This document shows positions 12,628-24,959 of a stretch of DNA of 64,000 bases, in pieces; positions within the stretch are counted from its first letter, which is position 1, and every line of letters starts with the position of its first letter. The position numbers and the translations under genes are program-made. This DNA comes from Lama glama. Lineage: Eukaryota. The DNA is taken from positions 38,876,001-38,940,000 of the forward strand of contig CM052817.1 in NCBI GenBank assembly GCA_028534125.1, read 5' to 3'. The notes under the pieces are model-generated. The model saw only the letters and a list, made by a program, of their open reading frames with translations. It was not told where the DNA came from and searched no databases.

Positions 12628-12731
12628 CTTATAAAACTTGTGATGTACACATGCACAAAAGTTGCCATCAAATACTGACAATCAAATCTGTCCATTATCC
12701 CACCATGTCCAGGAATGGTGTTTGCAAAATC
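12628..12731 (-). CDS. CDS1: CDS1 exon 12 ([35 protein letters not shown])
   Basis: 104 nt, tttttcctgaag|GAT ... ATAAG|gtactt; carries the second half of the phosphatidate cytidylyltransferase signature (KD...PGHGG..DRFD). Confidence 0.98.
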
Positions 12732-14204
12732 CTTCAGGAAAAAAAAACACACACACATTAGTAAGCTTTCAAAAAAAAAAAAATCTGCTATAAAATTCCT
12801 ATCTGTAAATGTCTCCTTGGCATCATGGACTCGAAGGAAAATACTTTACTATTGGATTTTCCCACTAACTACAAACTTATTAGGGATTTTCCCACTGACT
12901 ACAAACTCATTTGAACATGTCCATCAGATTAAAACCCCATCTTTGGAATATGTGCCCATGTTAGAATGATTGCTGAGTTGACGCACAGCTTTCAAATAAC
13001 ACTAATTAAATATTAATTAAATCAGGCACTTTTTTTTTAGTTAAGAAAACTACCTAAATCAAAAAAGCTATTGGCTATTACCAATCTAATCTACAGCCTG
13101 CTCTTCTGTTTAATCAGAAATTATGTGGGGAGCTATTTTCTTGTTTTTGACAGATGGACTACTGGTTGTACCTCATGTTTATCCTAACAATTCTTACTGT
13201 GAAACAAATATTTAACTACTGTAATAAATATTTTTTTAAGTGTTGGGGTGAAAAAGAAAATTAAAATAGTTCATTTGGGACATGTTAGTCCATTAAATGG
13301 CCAAATAGTTAGGGGACTGTTAGGAAGCCTCTGCAGACTGACCCTGTATGGACACATGTCCAGGGCTCAGGAAATGGAAGTGACTAATAGCCCTCTAGTT
13401 TACTCGGGCAACCTAAAAACCTCTAAAATGGAACAGCAATTACCCCTTCATTTCAAACATACAGAGAAATCTCACCATTCAACCAGAAACCTTACACTGA
13501 AGGCTATTAAAAGAAAATACCATTCTAAACATAACATTTCTCTGTCTAAAAAAAATTATTGAAAAATTCTTTGGCTAATTTTTGCCAACACATTTCCTTC
13601 CTTCTCTTCTCTACTAACCCAAGCCCAAGAGAGCCATGGTAACTCAATCCCACTGTTATTTGGAGCCGTTACAGGACTCTAGTCATCGCAGCTTTGTGTG
13701 GTTCTCGGTGGATGTGAGAGGGCGAGTGCCGTGAGGACAGGGACATCTTGTGCAGTTGTGTGTACTGCATTCCACCTAACGTAGTGTCTTCCCCACTGCA
13801 AGTGCTCACTGAGTTCACGTCTTTATTTCCCTGGCCTCCGGGCCCTGCATGATCTGGCCCCGAACCCTCTGTATCTGATCTCCCACTCTCTCTGCAGCCA
13901 CACTGCTCCTGTTCCCCTTCCAGCAGTTAAGCTCCCCTACTCCTTTGCACTCACTGGAACCCCCTTCCTTCAATTTCTCTGCAGGACCCATTCTCCTTTT
14001 GTCAGATCCCTGCTCAAACTCTACCTCCTCAGAGAGGCCTGTCCTGACCACCCTACCTGCAGTGGCCACGCTCTAACTCCTAGCAGAGCACCGTTTGGTC
14101 TTAGTGAAGCCATATGAGGAGAGCTGAGATGATTGGATAAATGTATGTTGCTTTGTGAGAATCTGACTTCAACAAAACACGGGGAAAATTTTAAGCTTCT
14201 GAAA

Positions 14205-14419
14205 CAAGGATCAACAAACTATGTCCCAAAGACCAAACCCAGCCAGCTGCCTGCTTTTTTGTAAATGAACTTTTATTGAAACCCAGCCGTACCCACTCAC
14301 TGACATACTGTCTGAGGGGCTCTCCAACTACAATGGCAGAGTTCAAAGTTGAGTAGTTCGCAATACTGCCATTATTACTGAATGATTTGGCCCTTTACAG
14401 AACGAATTTCCAACCCCTG
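14205..14419. mobile_element. MER58A-like hAT-Charlie MITE
   Basis: Termini caaggatcaacaaact ... aatttccaacccctg are decayed inverted repeats; internal motifs (cagctgcctgcttttttgtaaat, tggccctttacagaa) match recalled MER58A. Confidence 0.7.
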
Positions 14420-14784
14420 ATCTAGCAGAATGGGGAGTTACATATCCAGAGCTCTCCTGCATGTCCCTTCAAGTGAGATTGTGACAGGACACTAGACTTC
14501 AGACAATGCTTGGCTGGATTCTTGGATAAACACTTGAAGAACCAAGATTCTGTGTTTGTCCCGACATTATGTGACACATGTCAGTTCAAATGTATTAACA
14601 TGGCATGACCAAAACCCAGCAAGGAAGAATACACTCACATCAGCCAGGAATCATTTTTGTGAGGCTGAGACAAATAGGATGGAAAAGTTTTTTGCCCAGT
14701 GGCTTGAAGTGTGAGACCAACAGACAACTAAATTCAAACTATATTACATTCTCAACTAATGTAACAAAGAATCTAAACACATAC

Positions 14785-14904
14785 CTTGATTTTGAAAGCT
14801 CTTTTGAATCCACTGGCAAAGAAACCTCCGAATGGTCCAATCAAAGACGCAAACGTGGAAAGAGCAATGCTGTGTATCTGGAAAGGATACAAGCTCACTG
14901 TTTC
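14785..14904 (-). CDS. CDS1: CDS1 exon 11 ([40 protein letters not shown])
   Basis: 120 nt, tctttag|GAA ... AAG|gtatgt; first half of the CDS signature ([10 protein letters not shown]). Confidence 0.98.
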
Positions 14905-15154
14905 CTAAAGAAGAAAAAAAGGAGAGAAAGGTTCGGGCTAACAGCATCAAAACTGAATCTGAGCATGCCGCCTAAACTAAGAACCATGATGTAAAACAAT
15001 AACTCAAAATACATGCCATATTTTTGTTAATTTCACAAACTTTCAGGATCATAGGAAAAAAATATTTGTTGTAAGATCTTATTACCATCCTCTGCTTAGC
15101 CAGCACTCCCCATTCCCTCTGTAAGCACCTGTTGCACTAAAATCTGACAGGCTA

Positions 15155-15801
15155 CTTTTTTAAAAATTGAAGTATAGTCAGTTATAATGTATCAATTTCT
15201 AGTGTACAGCATAATGTCACAGTCATATATATACATATATATATTTGTTTTCATATTCTTTTTCAATGAAGGTTATTACAAGATATTGAATATAGTTCCC
15301 TGTGCTATACAGAAGAAATTTGTTTTTTTATATAGTTTTTATATAGGTACAGTAGTTAATATCTGCAAATCTCAAACTCCCAATTTATCTCTTCCCACCC
15401 TCCTCTCCCCCCAGTAACCATAAGTTTGTTTACTATGTCTGTGAGTCGTTTTCTGTTTTGTAGATGAGTTCATTAGTGTCTTCTTTTTTCTTTTAGATGC
15501 CACATGTAAGTGATATCATATGGTATTTTTCTTTCTCTTTCTGGCTTACTTCACTTAGAATAACAATCTCCAGGTCCATCCATGTTGCTGCAAATGGCAT
15601 TATTTTATTCTTTTTGTGGCAGAGTAATATTCCATTTTATGTATAAATATACCACAACTTTTTTATCCAGTCATCTGTCAGTGGACATTTAGGTTGTTTC
15701 CATGTCTTGGCTATTGTATATAGCACCACTATGATTACTGGAGTGCGTGTATCTTTTTGAATTAGGGTTCCCTCTGGATATATGCCCAGGAGTGGGATTG
15801 C
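15155..15801 (-). mobile_element. Lineage-specific 5'-truncated L1 (ORF2 end + 3' UTR), same orientation as CDS1
   Basis: Reverse complement reads ...gcaatcccactcctgggcatatatccagag... through ...tgactatacttcaa + A-tail; homologous to 30327-30550 and 46243-46427. Confidence 0.85.
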
Positions 15802-15868
15802 TTTTTAAATGAAGCTTTTAAATGAAGCTTAATCTCTGGGATAGAGGATCCCTACCGTGTTATCTTAC

Positions 15869-16021
15869 CCGTCTCAGCACTGCCTTCAGAAAGGGAGGAA
15901 GTGAGTAACTCTGGAGCTGGAAAAGTTCTGAGGGTTCACATTCTGTAACGAAGGAGTTGACATCACTGCGGTACTCCACCGGGCAGACAAAGTACTGGTA
16001 TTTGGATAATACATATGCAGC
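15869..16021 (-). CDS. CDS1: CDS1 exon 10 (AAYVLSKYQYFVCPVEYRSDVNSFVTECEPSELFQLQSYSLPPFLKAVLRR)
   Basis: 153 nt, catctag|GCT ... CGG|gtaaga; in frame with neighbouring exons. Confidence 0.97.
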
Positions 16022-17739
16022 CTAGATGACCAAGCAAGCATTCATGAAACACTGAATGAAAATATATATATACACATTTAAAATATATATATGTCAGGAA
16101 GGCCAGAGAAAGAATGCCAAACTTTCCTTGCATTCACATTCTGTTAAGTATTTTCAAAGTTAAATGATCATAACTGACACAATAAAAGACTCTGAAAAGC
16201 CATTAGAAAACAAAATGTTTTCAGAAATCAGTGTGATTATAATCTCTGTATGACCACAATAAAAAGAGGGAAGGGGAAAGAGAAAAAGAAGCTGATTTGA
16301 ACATTTAGCCAAGCATTATAGCAAAGTGTTACTTTTTTTAAGTACACATATTTAGTGTCAGCAGAAGCTAACAATTATAAACGTATGAGAAAGTGCAGGA
16401 CATTAGTTTTTTGCATAAAGGTTATATTAATTTCATGAATTAAAAAATAACCAGTGATTCAAAATTACGAAGAAAATAGCACAGTGAAAAACACTGTTAT
16501 TCTTAACCAACCCAGAAAATGTTGACTAAATTACTCTTTCCCTGGATGCATCACTGCAATTTTAAAAACTAGCTGTTCTCAGCCATGGAAGAAAATATAT
16601 AAAACAAAATATCTTATAATAAATTTAAATTGCTAGACAATAGTTTATTCCCTTTCTTTTGCAGGTGTTCACACCGTTATTCTGCTCAAGAATGATTAAT
16701 GGAAGTACAACTATGACCCTAGAAATGGATGTAAATTGATTTTGCTTCCAAACAACCAGTTTCCTCAAAATCACTTATTATAAATTTACATAACTTCCCT
16801 CTTCATTATTTTTTCATGCATTACTTTCTTATAGGATAGCTCTTTATTTTCTTCCAATGATATGGCAGTCCTTGTAGTATTTCTAAATTAGTCTTTAATA
16901 ATGCCAAATTCAGGTGGTACTGTTTAACTTAATAATATTCTAATTATGCCTGCTACATAATGTATAAACATTAGACGGGTCCCAGACACTTTATCATTTT
17001 TCTACTTATCAATTATCTCATCAATACTCTATGAAATAAACACGAATAATATTTAAAATTCTATTGGAATTTTCATTGAGAATGAACTAAACTGATAAAA
17101 CAGACGAATTATGGTGGTTTTCCCATTTAGGAACCTGGCTTATTTCCATTTATTTGTATATTTGCTCCCTCTCAAAGCTCCATGTTGCTCTATATTTGGC
17201 TACAGAATATATTCTAGAACTGTCAGGGACTACATTCTTAAAAAATTAAACTTCCTGACAGTAATTTTTGGGGGTATATTTATCTTAGATTAAGCCATTT
17301 TTCTGTACTTTTTTTGATTCTCACAAGACACCTCTGAATGAGAACCTAAATTCCATTAAGTGTACACTAATTTTTAAAACATTAACAATATCCATTATTC
17401 ATAGCTAAAAGTAAACGTCAATTATTTTTAACCAGCTTTCTCTGTAAGCTGGGCTCATAGCAGTAAGCGCCCACCAAGGCAAGCAGCACATCATTTGCAT
17501 TCTCTCCTTTTACTCAAAGCCACCACCCGTCCCAGCACCTGTGTCCCCCACAAGGCAGAACAGCTGTTAAAAACTACTCAAACAATAGCACAACCACAGG
17601 CCTCAAGACTCGCTGTACATTAGAATCAACTGAGAAAGGTAATTGGCCTGGAGAGGGCTGGGATGTAGGTGGTGTATAAGGTCCCCGGGGGGTTCTGGTG
17701 CAAGGCCAGGATGAGTGCTGCTAGGTGGGGTATAGAATA

Positions 17740-19500
17740 CTAGTGGACCTCGTTTTATTGCACTTCACTTTATTGCATTTCACAGATACTGTGAGTGTTT
17801 TTTGTTTTTGTTTTTGTTTTTTAACAAATTAAAGGTTTGTGGCAACTCTGCCTCAGATAAGTCTATCAGGGCCATTTTTCCAACAGCATTTGTTCACTTC
17901 GTGTCTCTATGCCACATTTTGATAATTTGCACAGTATTTTAAACATTTTCATTATTACTCTATTTGTCACACTCATATAAGATAACAAACTTAATCGGTA
18001 CGTGTTGTGCGTATTCTGACTGCTCCACTGACCAGCCACGTCCTCCCGTCCCTCGCCCTCTCCTCAGGCCTCCCTGTTCCCTGACACACAGCAGGATCAG
18101 GCCAGTGAATAATCCTACACTGGCTTCTTAAGTGTTCAGATGAAGGGAAGAGTCACATGTCTCTCATTTTAAATCCAAAGGTGGAAATAACTAAGCCTAA
18201 TGATTAAGATGTTAAAAGCTGAGACAGGCTGAAAGCTAGGCCTCTTGGACCAGTTAGTGAAGTTATGACTGCAAAGGCAAGTTCTTGAAGGAAATCACAA
18301 GTGCTGCTCCAGTGAACACACGAATGATAAGGAAGCCCGACAGTCTTAGTGCTGATATAGAGAAAGTTTTAGTGGTCGGGCAGAAGCTCAGACCAGCCAC
18401 AACATTTCCACATACCAAAGCCTAATCTAGAGCTCTAAACATGAGCCCTGATGGCGATGTGCAACGAGAGTAATGTTGTTTCTGTGCCTGCTAACACGTC
18501 TATTCTGCAGCCCACAGATGAAGGAGAAAGTTCCACTTTCAAGTCTTATTATTTAAGAGATACATTTCATAAGACTACAGCTGCCCTAGACAGTGACTTC
18601 TCTGATGGGTCTGGGCAAAGTCAATTGAAAATCTCCTGGAAAGGATTCACCGTTCTAGATGTCATTAAGAACATTAGTGAGTGATTCACAGGAAGAGGTC
18701 AAAATAACAACATTAGCAGGAGTTTGGAAGAAGCTGATCCCAGCCCTCATGGATGACTGTGAGGGATTCAAGACTTCAGTGCAGGAAGTGACTGCAGATG
18801 TGGTGGAAACAGAAGGAGAACTAGAATCAGAAGTGGAGTCTGAAGATGGGACTGAATTTCTGTAATCTCATGATAAAACTTCCACAGATGAGGAGTTGCT
18901 ACTTATAGATGAGCAAAGGAAGTGGTTTCTTGAGATGGACTCTATTCTGGTGAAGATGCTGTGAAGATTATTGAAATGACAACAAAGGATTTAGAACCTG
19001 ACATACGTTAGCTGATAAAGCAGCGGCAGGGTTTGAGAAGACTGACTCCAGTTCTGAAGGAAGTTTTACTGTGGGTAAAATGCTATCAAGCAACACTACA
19101 CGCTACAGAAGAGTCAATCCATGTGGCAAACTTCACTGTCCTATTTTAAGAAATTGCCACAGCCACCCCCACCTTCAGTAACCACAACCCTGACCAGTCA
19201 GCAGCATCAACATGGAGGCAAGAGCCTCCACCAGCAAAAAGATTATGACTTGCTGAAGGCTCAGATGATGATCAGCACTTTTTAGCTGTAAAGTATTTTT
19301 AAATTAAGGTCTGTACATTGTTTCTTTTTTTTTTTTCAGATGTGATGCCATTGCACAGTTAACAGACTACAGTATAACATAAGCAAGACTTTCGTACACA
19401 CTGGGAAATCAGAACATTCTTGTGACCTGCTTTATGGCAACACTCACTACAGAGAGGTGACCTGGATCCAAAACTGCAATATCTCCGAGGTGTGCACGTA
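17740..19500 (+). mobile_element. Tigger1 DNA transposon (TcMar-Tigger), internally deleted
   Basis: Left end acctcgttttattgcacttcactttattgc and right end gcaatatctccgaggtgtgcacg-TA match Tigger1 termini; ORFs 18451..18684 ([22 protein letters not shown]) and 18659..18865 are DDE transposase remnants. Confidence 0.92.
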
Positions 19501-19627
19501 GCTTCTGTTTAGTGGGTTTCAGGTTATTTGCATTTTGGGGTTTATTTCTTTTAGGTTTAGAATAGACTAATAAACTTGCTTCTGTTTTTCAGAGTATAAA
19601 TAAAATAAAAATCCTAGTAAAACTCAC

Positions 19628-19696
19628 GATGAATCCAAACACGACAGTGGAAAAGAAACCGCCAATGAATCCTTCCCAAGTCTTTTTAGGAGACAA
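19628..19696 (-). CDS. CDS1: CDS1 exon 9 ([23 protein letters not shown])
   Basis: 69 nt, cctttttcag|TTG ... ATC|gtgagt; contains the conserved SPKKTWEG motif. Confidence 0.98.
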
Positions 19697-22039
19697 CTGA
19701 AAAAGGACAAATAAAATAGAATGTGTTACCACTCACAAAATACACAGATACATATGCAGGCTGTGCTCCGTGAACTCCCACCACACCTCGTACATCTCTC
19801 CTTACTGTTTTTTTTATTAGGTAGGCTCTGCAGCCCTTTTTCCTTCAGTCCACGAGCCTGAATTTATTTGTGTGGATCTCTAGGAGTGTCTAGCACATAT
19901 TAGACCCTCAGACGTTTGACACACTGTGAATATTTATTCCTGTAAATAGCCTCAATTTATTTTTTTCACTCAAAGGACTATTTATGCTGAAATAATTGTC
20001 CCATAGTCTTCATGATTATATAAGGCCCCACAATAGTGCAGTTATTGAAATAAGGATGAGATATGCTCATTCTAAGTATACATGGTCTGCGGTGACCTGC
20101 TACTGATCAAAAATAAAATCACAAAACATGAACACTGCAGCGCCCCAGGTTCCCATATACTCCCAGATGCCATGCTTACAGCAGACCTCATTCTGAAGTG
20201 GCAACGTTCCCCACAGCCCCAGGCACAGTATTTGCCCCATGGGTATGCACATATCCTCCTCCCTTTGGTCACAATATACATCTGTCTCCATGAAGAAAGA
20301 AACATGTTGTGCTTCTAAGAATAGACAGGGTTTGTTTCAGATTCCAGCTATTGTTTATTCGTCAATGGCGCATTCAGGGAGAGAAATCTGGAGGAAAGTC
20401 TAGAACTTGGTGAAGCAGGGGCAGGAGGCAAAGATATAGAAGTAGACACAGTGCTAACTGCCTGAGATGCTCTATAAGATAAAGGCTCTGTATGAGGCTT
20501 TGGTTAACAGGAGATCACGGACAGCCTCTGTGATAATCCTTCCAGTGGATCCAGGGGGACAGAAGTCAAAGAAATGTCAGAGGGAGGTTTCTGCAGCTAG
20601 AAATGGGTGACATGCTAAAGCACACAAGTTCTTGTCCTGAAGCTTGCAAAGTGCAAAGCCTTTCCTGACAATTCTCCCATAGAGAAAAGGGGCTGATATA
20701 CACCATCTCCTAGGATGATTCAGTATGTTTATCATGAAGTAGGAGTTGACTCGAATTCAGAAGTGCCTGCTGATTACTTTAAAGATAACTTATCAAATTA
20801 AATTGACACGTATCATACTGATTTAGGGGTTAACTCGCTTGATTACAACTGGGTATGTCACACAACTAATCCAGCCTGGTAATGCCCTAGAACCCAATGT
20901 TCAAAATCAGACAGAGAGATTCTCCTCCGGGCTCTGAGGGCTTTCTAAGCCAACAACTTCTCAGCTGGCATGGAAGCCCTGACTACTTCATCATGAACTT
21001 GCTCTTGTGCTGAAGCAGCTTTAGAAACTTTTAAAAAATGTCTGACTTTCAGGCCGGTATCCCTACAACTCAGCCTGATGCCATGTGCTGCACTCCTATG
21101 TGGGGAAGAATTTACGAAAGGTGTTTTTGAAGGATGAGCAGTCCACACATTCCCCTGGGAAGATAAACTACCCTTCCATCACTCTGAACAAACAGGTTTT
21201 CTATCTGAACAACTGTCTCAGTCCCTCCAAAAATGCCTTCATATAATGACACCAAAATAGCCAATTACTGTATTTGTGAGAATGTTACAAAAGACTTTGC
21301 CCAGTAGATGAACTGAGGGAATCCTATCTAAAGCCTCAACATGAAAAGCTCTTCTTTTTAAAGAAATCAGTTCTAGAAAAAAAAAAAAAGTGTTTTTCCA
21401 CGAGGACTTGCTTTGTTTCTCTCTTTCCCAAGATGGGGGCTAGGTAAATGACTTCATTTCCTTCTTGGCCTCCACTGACTGTAAACAACCAAACCGACGG
21501 GAAAACAACACAGTTCGCTCACGTGTATTTTCCTGTTCCACACCTTAACCTTTCCTTATCACTTGCATCGTTAGTGTTTTATTGCAGGGCGTCAATTTTT
21601 TTTTTTGAAAAAAATTTGGGTGTAAAAGTCTCACAAGTGGACATGAGTATGTGAAGATGGCATAATACATGCTTGCCGACAGTTTGGTGGAGGAGGAGAT
21701 AAATAAGAGGACAGCAGAGCTGAGGAAGGGCCTTTTGAGAGGGTGGTTGGGGAGCAGAGTAAAGCACACACAACAGCCCTGGGAAAGAGACCAGCAGAAA
21801 GATGACAGGAGCCTTCATGGGAGAGGATGACTGATGGAGGAGCCAAGAGAATATCTGACAAGGAACCCAGACAGAGTCACTGGGAAATATGGCTCCCTGC
21901 CCCGTACACTGGCTGCTAAGGAAAATCCAAGCAACTCAGAGTCAAAACCGTGCTACAGCACCAAACTGTTAGGGATTTCCTCCAGGGCTGACTCTTTCAG
22001 GTTACGGTAGGGGCTTGTGTGAGATTATTTTTCCATTAC

Positions 22040-22127
22040 CTTAATTAATGGAGTCCTCCCAAAAAAAAATCCAAAAAGGTAAGCAGTTATGTCATTGCAG
22101 ATAACACTTGATATTGGAACAAGGAAC
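22040..22127 (-). CDS. CDS1: CDS1 exon 8 ([29 protein letters not shown])
   Basis: 88 nt, cttttaaag|G ... AAG|gtaatg; conserved ND..AY..G..FG motif. Confidence 0.98.
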
Positions 22128-22459
22128 CTTTAAAAGAAAAAAAAAAAGGCAGCAGAAAAAAGTCCATGTGATTAAGTGGCAAATATTTATACAGGCTATG
22201 ACTCATGACGAACCAATGCAATAACCCTTTGGATTACCCTGTAGCCTATTCCAGAACATAACACGTGCTAGAACATTGACAGAAACGATAAATATCAACC
22301 AAATCTGCCCATTTAGCAAGTAAGCAGAGCAAAAATCTATAAACTAATGTACTAGAAGAATGTTGCTAATAAAAATATTAAATAATCAACTTCATTTTAG
22401 TATTAAATAATAATCAATTTCCATAGCTATGGACTTTCAAATTTCAGTTTTATGAGGAA

Positions 22460-22937
22460 TGCCAACTAGAAATTGTCATTTGCCATCTGTGAAGGCTACA
22501 AGAATGAAGTCACTGGCCACTGCAGTCTCTGAACTTCAACACACCGTGAAAGGAGTTCCAGGCAAAAGGAATGAGGCACTCGGTGCTCTGGGAAAATATG
22601 GCAGAACAGGCCTTCAGATGGGTATTTTTCAGGGGAAGATTTTTATGAGCCCGATTTCTTGCATTGTCTCCTAAAATCATTAACAAAGACATCTGCTCCT
22701 CGTGACTAACATCAACCTGCTCATGAATAGCAGCAACCTTCTGCCAGAATATGTGCGTGACTGCACGTACCCCCTTCACTAAAATCACAAATATACTGAC
22801 CTCCCACTCTACCTCTTTGGAGCAGCTCCTTAGAGCTGTCTGAGAGCCTGTCTCCCAGGCTATAGTCCTCATTTGGCCTCTAATAAAACTTAACTCACTG
22901 CTCTTAAGTTGTCCTTTTTTTTTTCCCCCAGTGGACA
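22460..22937 (+). mobile_element. Solo ERV1-class LTR (478 bp; possibly MER41-like)
   Basis: TG...CA termini with imperfect inverted ends (tgccaact / agtggaca), 4-bp TSD ggaa at 22456-22459 and 22938-22941, AATAAA near 22882 followed by a T-rich U5. Confidence 0.8.
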
Positions 22938-23943
22938 GGAACAAGTTACAATAGTATAACGAATTTTTAAAAAGCAGCCTTTCAAAATGGAAATGGGTCA
23001 TTTGATTAGGCAGCAGATAAGCTGATAAACTTATACCAAGCTCATAATACAAATTCTTTATGAGGTAAAACTATCAGTTTTAATTCTATGTGAGCCTATA
23101 GTTGCATTCAACCCTACAAATTGTACAGAAGCTACCAATTTCAGTAACTGCCACCCATCAATTAAAAGTTTGGATATGGAAGACAGTCTTAAAATGATTC
23201 TAATTGTTTACACACCCATATATATCTTGGTTAAAAAAACATGAACCTATCAAGGGAATAAATTTATTTTGACTAAATCCATCAACTGTAAAAGATTTTA
23301 ATTAATGGATTTTAAAAGAATGTAGGGGAAATATGGTCAGATTTCTTAAAATCCTAAGATTTTTCTCCACTCTTATTTTTAACCAATAACAATTTTTATA
23401 ACTTTAGCTGATTTTGAACTAATAAAAATGCTTTCTGAATCTGCAACCCACTGCTTATATAGCAAGTAACTCCAAATATCTGAAATCCGGACACCTACTC
23501 CTATACAAAGGCAGAGCAGAACTTAGCCAACTTTTACCTAGAGAAAATGCATTGCCAGCACACGGTTTGCTGATAAGGAAACTTTCCTGCTCTTTTTGTA
23601 TTCCACGTAAATAGTACGCTTTTTTTTAAAGTCAAGCCTTTGTTTTTTGTTTTTTTAAAGTCACGTTAAGGCGTAGTAAAACCAGAAAATGTAATTAATT
23701 GTTTGAAGCTTTTATAAAGACTTCCTGCATCTTATTTGAAACCTGAATAAGGAAGTTTTCTGGTTGTTAACAAAGTGTCTTCCACTGTCAAATAGTAAGC
23801 AAAACTTAGTAAGCTATTTTCATGGAATTGAGCAACAACAAATAATACATTTTAGAAGAACTTCTGTAAGACACTATGCAATGTAAAAGAGCTTTAAACG
23901 TGCTACGACATAAAGATAAAGCAGCATAATACTGTCCCCTTAC

Positions 23944-24026
23944 CATATCATGCCTTCAAACAGATTTTGGATGACAAGATGTGACTGAGTAACTGTTATC
24001 AGTAAAGTGACATGAGTCCATGCGAA
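23944..24026 (-). CDS. CDS1: CDS1 exon 7 (FAWTHVTLLITVTQSHLVIQNLFEGMIW)
   Basis: 83 nt, ttaacag|TTC ... TG|gtaagg. Confidence 0.97.
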
Positions 24027-24781
24027 CTGTTAATAGCCCAACAACACAACAATTAGTGAACATGACGGATCAGTGCAGCTCAGGAAGCAACAGCAATTTT
24101 GAAAACCAAATTTCTAGCATGACTACTGGTCATATTTCATACGATAAAGTCATACAAAATAAATGCTGTTAGTAAATCATATTTATTTTGGGGCCTACTA
24201 AAACCTTAAAAACATGAAAACATTTAATAAAATAATCTTAGTTTATACACAAATGGAATGCTAATAATACTGAGATACACTACGAAGCTTAAAAAGACAT
24301 ATTAAAAACTAAACCATAATCTCGAATAATGAAATTTAAATTATAATGAGAAGTTTTTGGTGTTGCTGAGGCATTTAGATAGGAACTAAAATTTTACTCT
24401 GGCTGTATTCTCCAGTTATTGGAAATGCTAAAAACGATTCTTCTCTGAGTTCACTATGGTAACATTTTCCCATAAAGAGTGATTTCTAACTTCAAATGAT
24501 TCAAACCTGCAGGGATCAATTGCCCTTAAACTCAATCTTTTCATACTTGAAAGTTGATCTTCACAGCTCTGTTCAATGACAGTATTCAATTTCAAATTTT
24601 CAAAGGCTCTGTATTTCATCAATTCCATCTAGCCTGAGGGATGGCCACTTCAGGGAATTTCAGCATCATCAGTATGAGTAGAATGTGAATTAAAAAAGCT
24701 AATGTTTCTGTGTACTAGTCTCATAATTTTTATTGGAATTTATAAAATGATCTTTCAATTCTTTGGATTTTGATTTATTTG

Positions 24782-24959
24782 ATGTATGTATAGAATGTTT
24801 CATCTCTACATAATATAAAATTTAATAATAATTATTATGGCAGCTAACAGCTATTGAATACTTACTATGTTTCAGGCTCTTGTCTAAGCATTTTGTAAGT
24901 ATGAACTCATTTAATCCTCCCAACATTCCTATGATGTAGGTACCTATTCTTATCTCCAT
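24782..24959 (+). repeat. Direct duplicate (copy A) of 26321-26500, includes MIR-derived sequence
   Basis: Manual alignment: 8 substitutions and 2 single-base indels over ~180 bp. Confidence 0.92.

Noticed and set aside
3372..20817. Identical 16-mer attgacacgtatcata at 3372-3387 and 20802-20817
   Set aside because: About 0.5 identical 16-mer pairs are expected by chance in 64 kb, and the flanks do not align
22510..23052. 180-aa ORF on the minus strand
   Set aside because: Mostly the antisense reading of the solo LTR; no protein similarity recognised
24428..24628. 66-aa ORF in non-repetitive-looking intron 6 sequence, possible pseudogene or transposase relic
   Set aside because: I could not recognise any family; a TBLASTN/Dfam search would be needed
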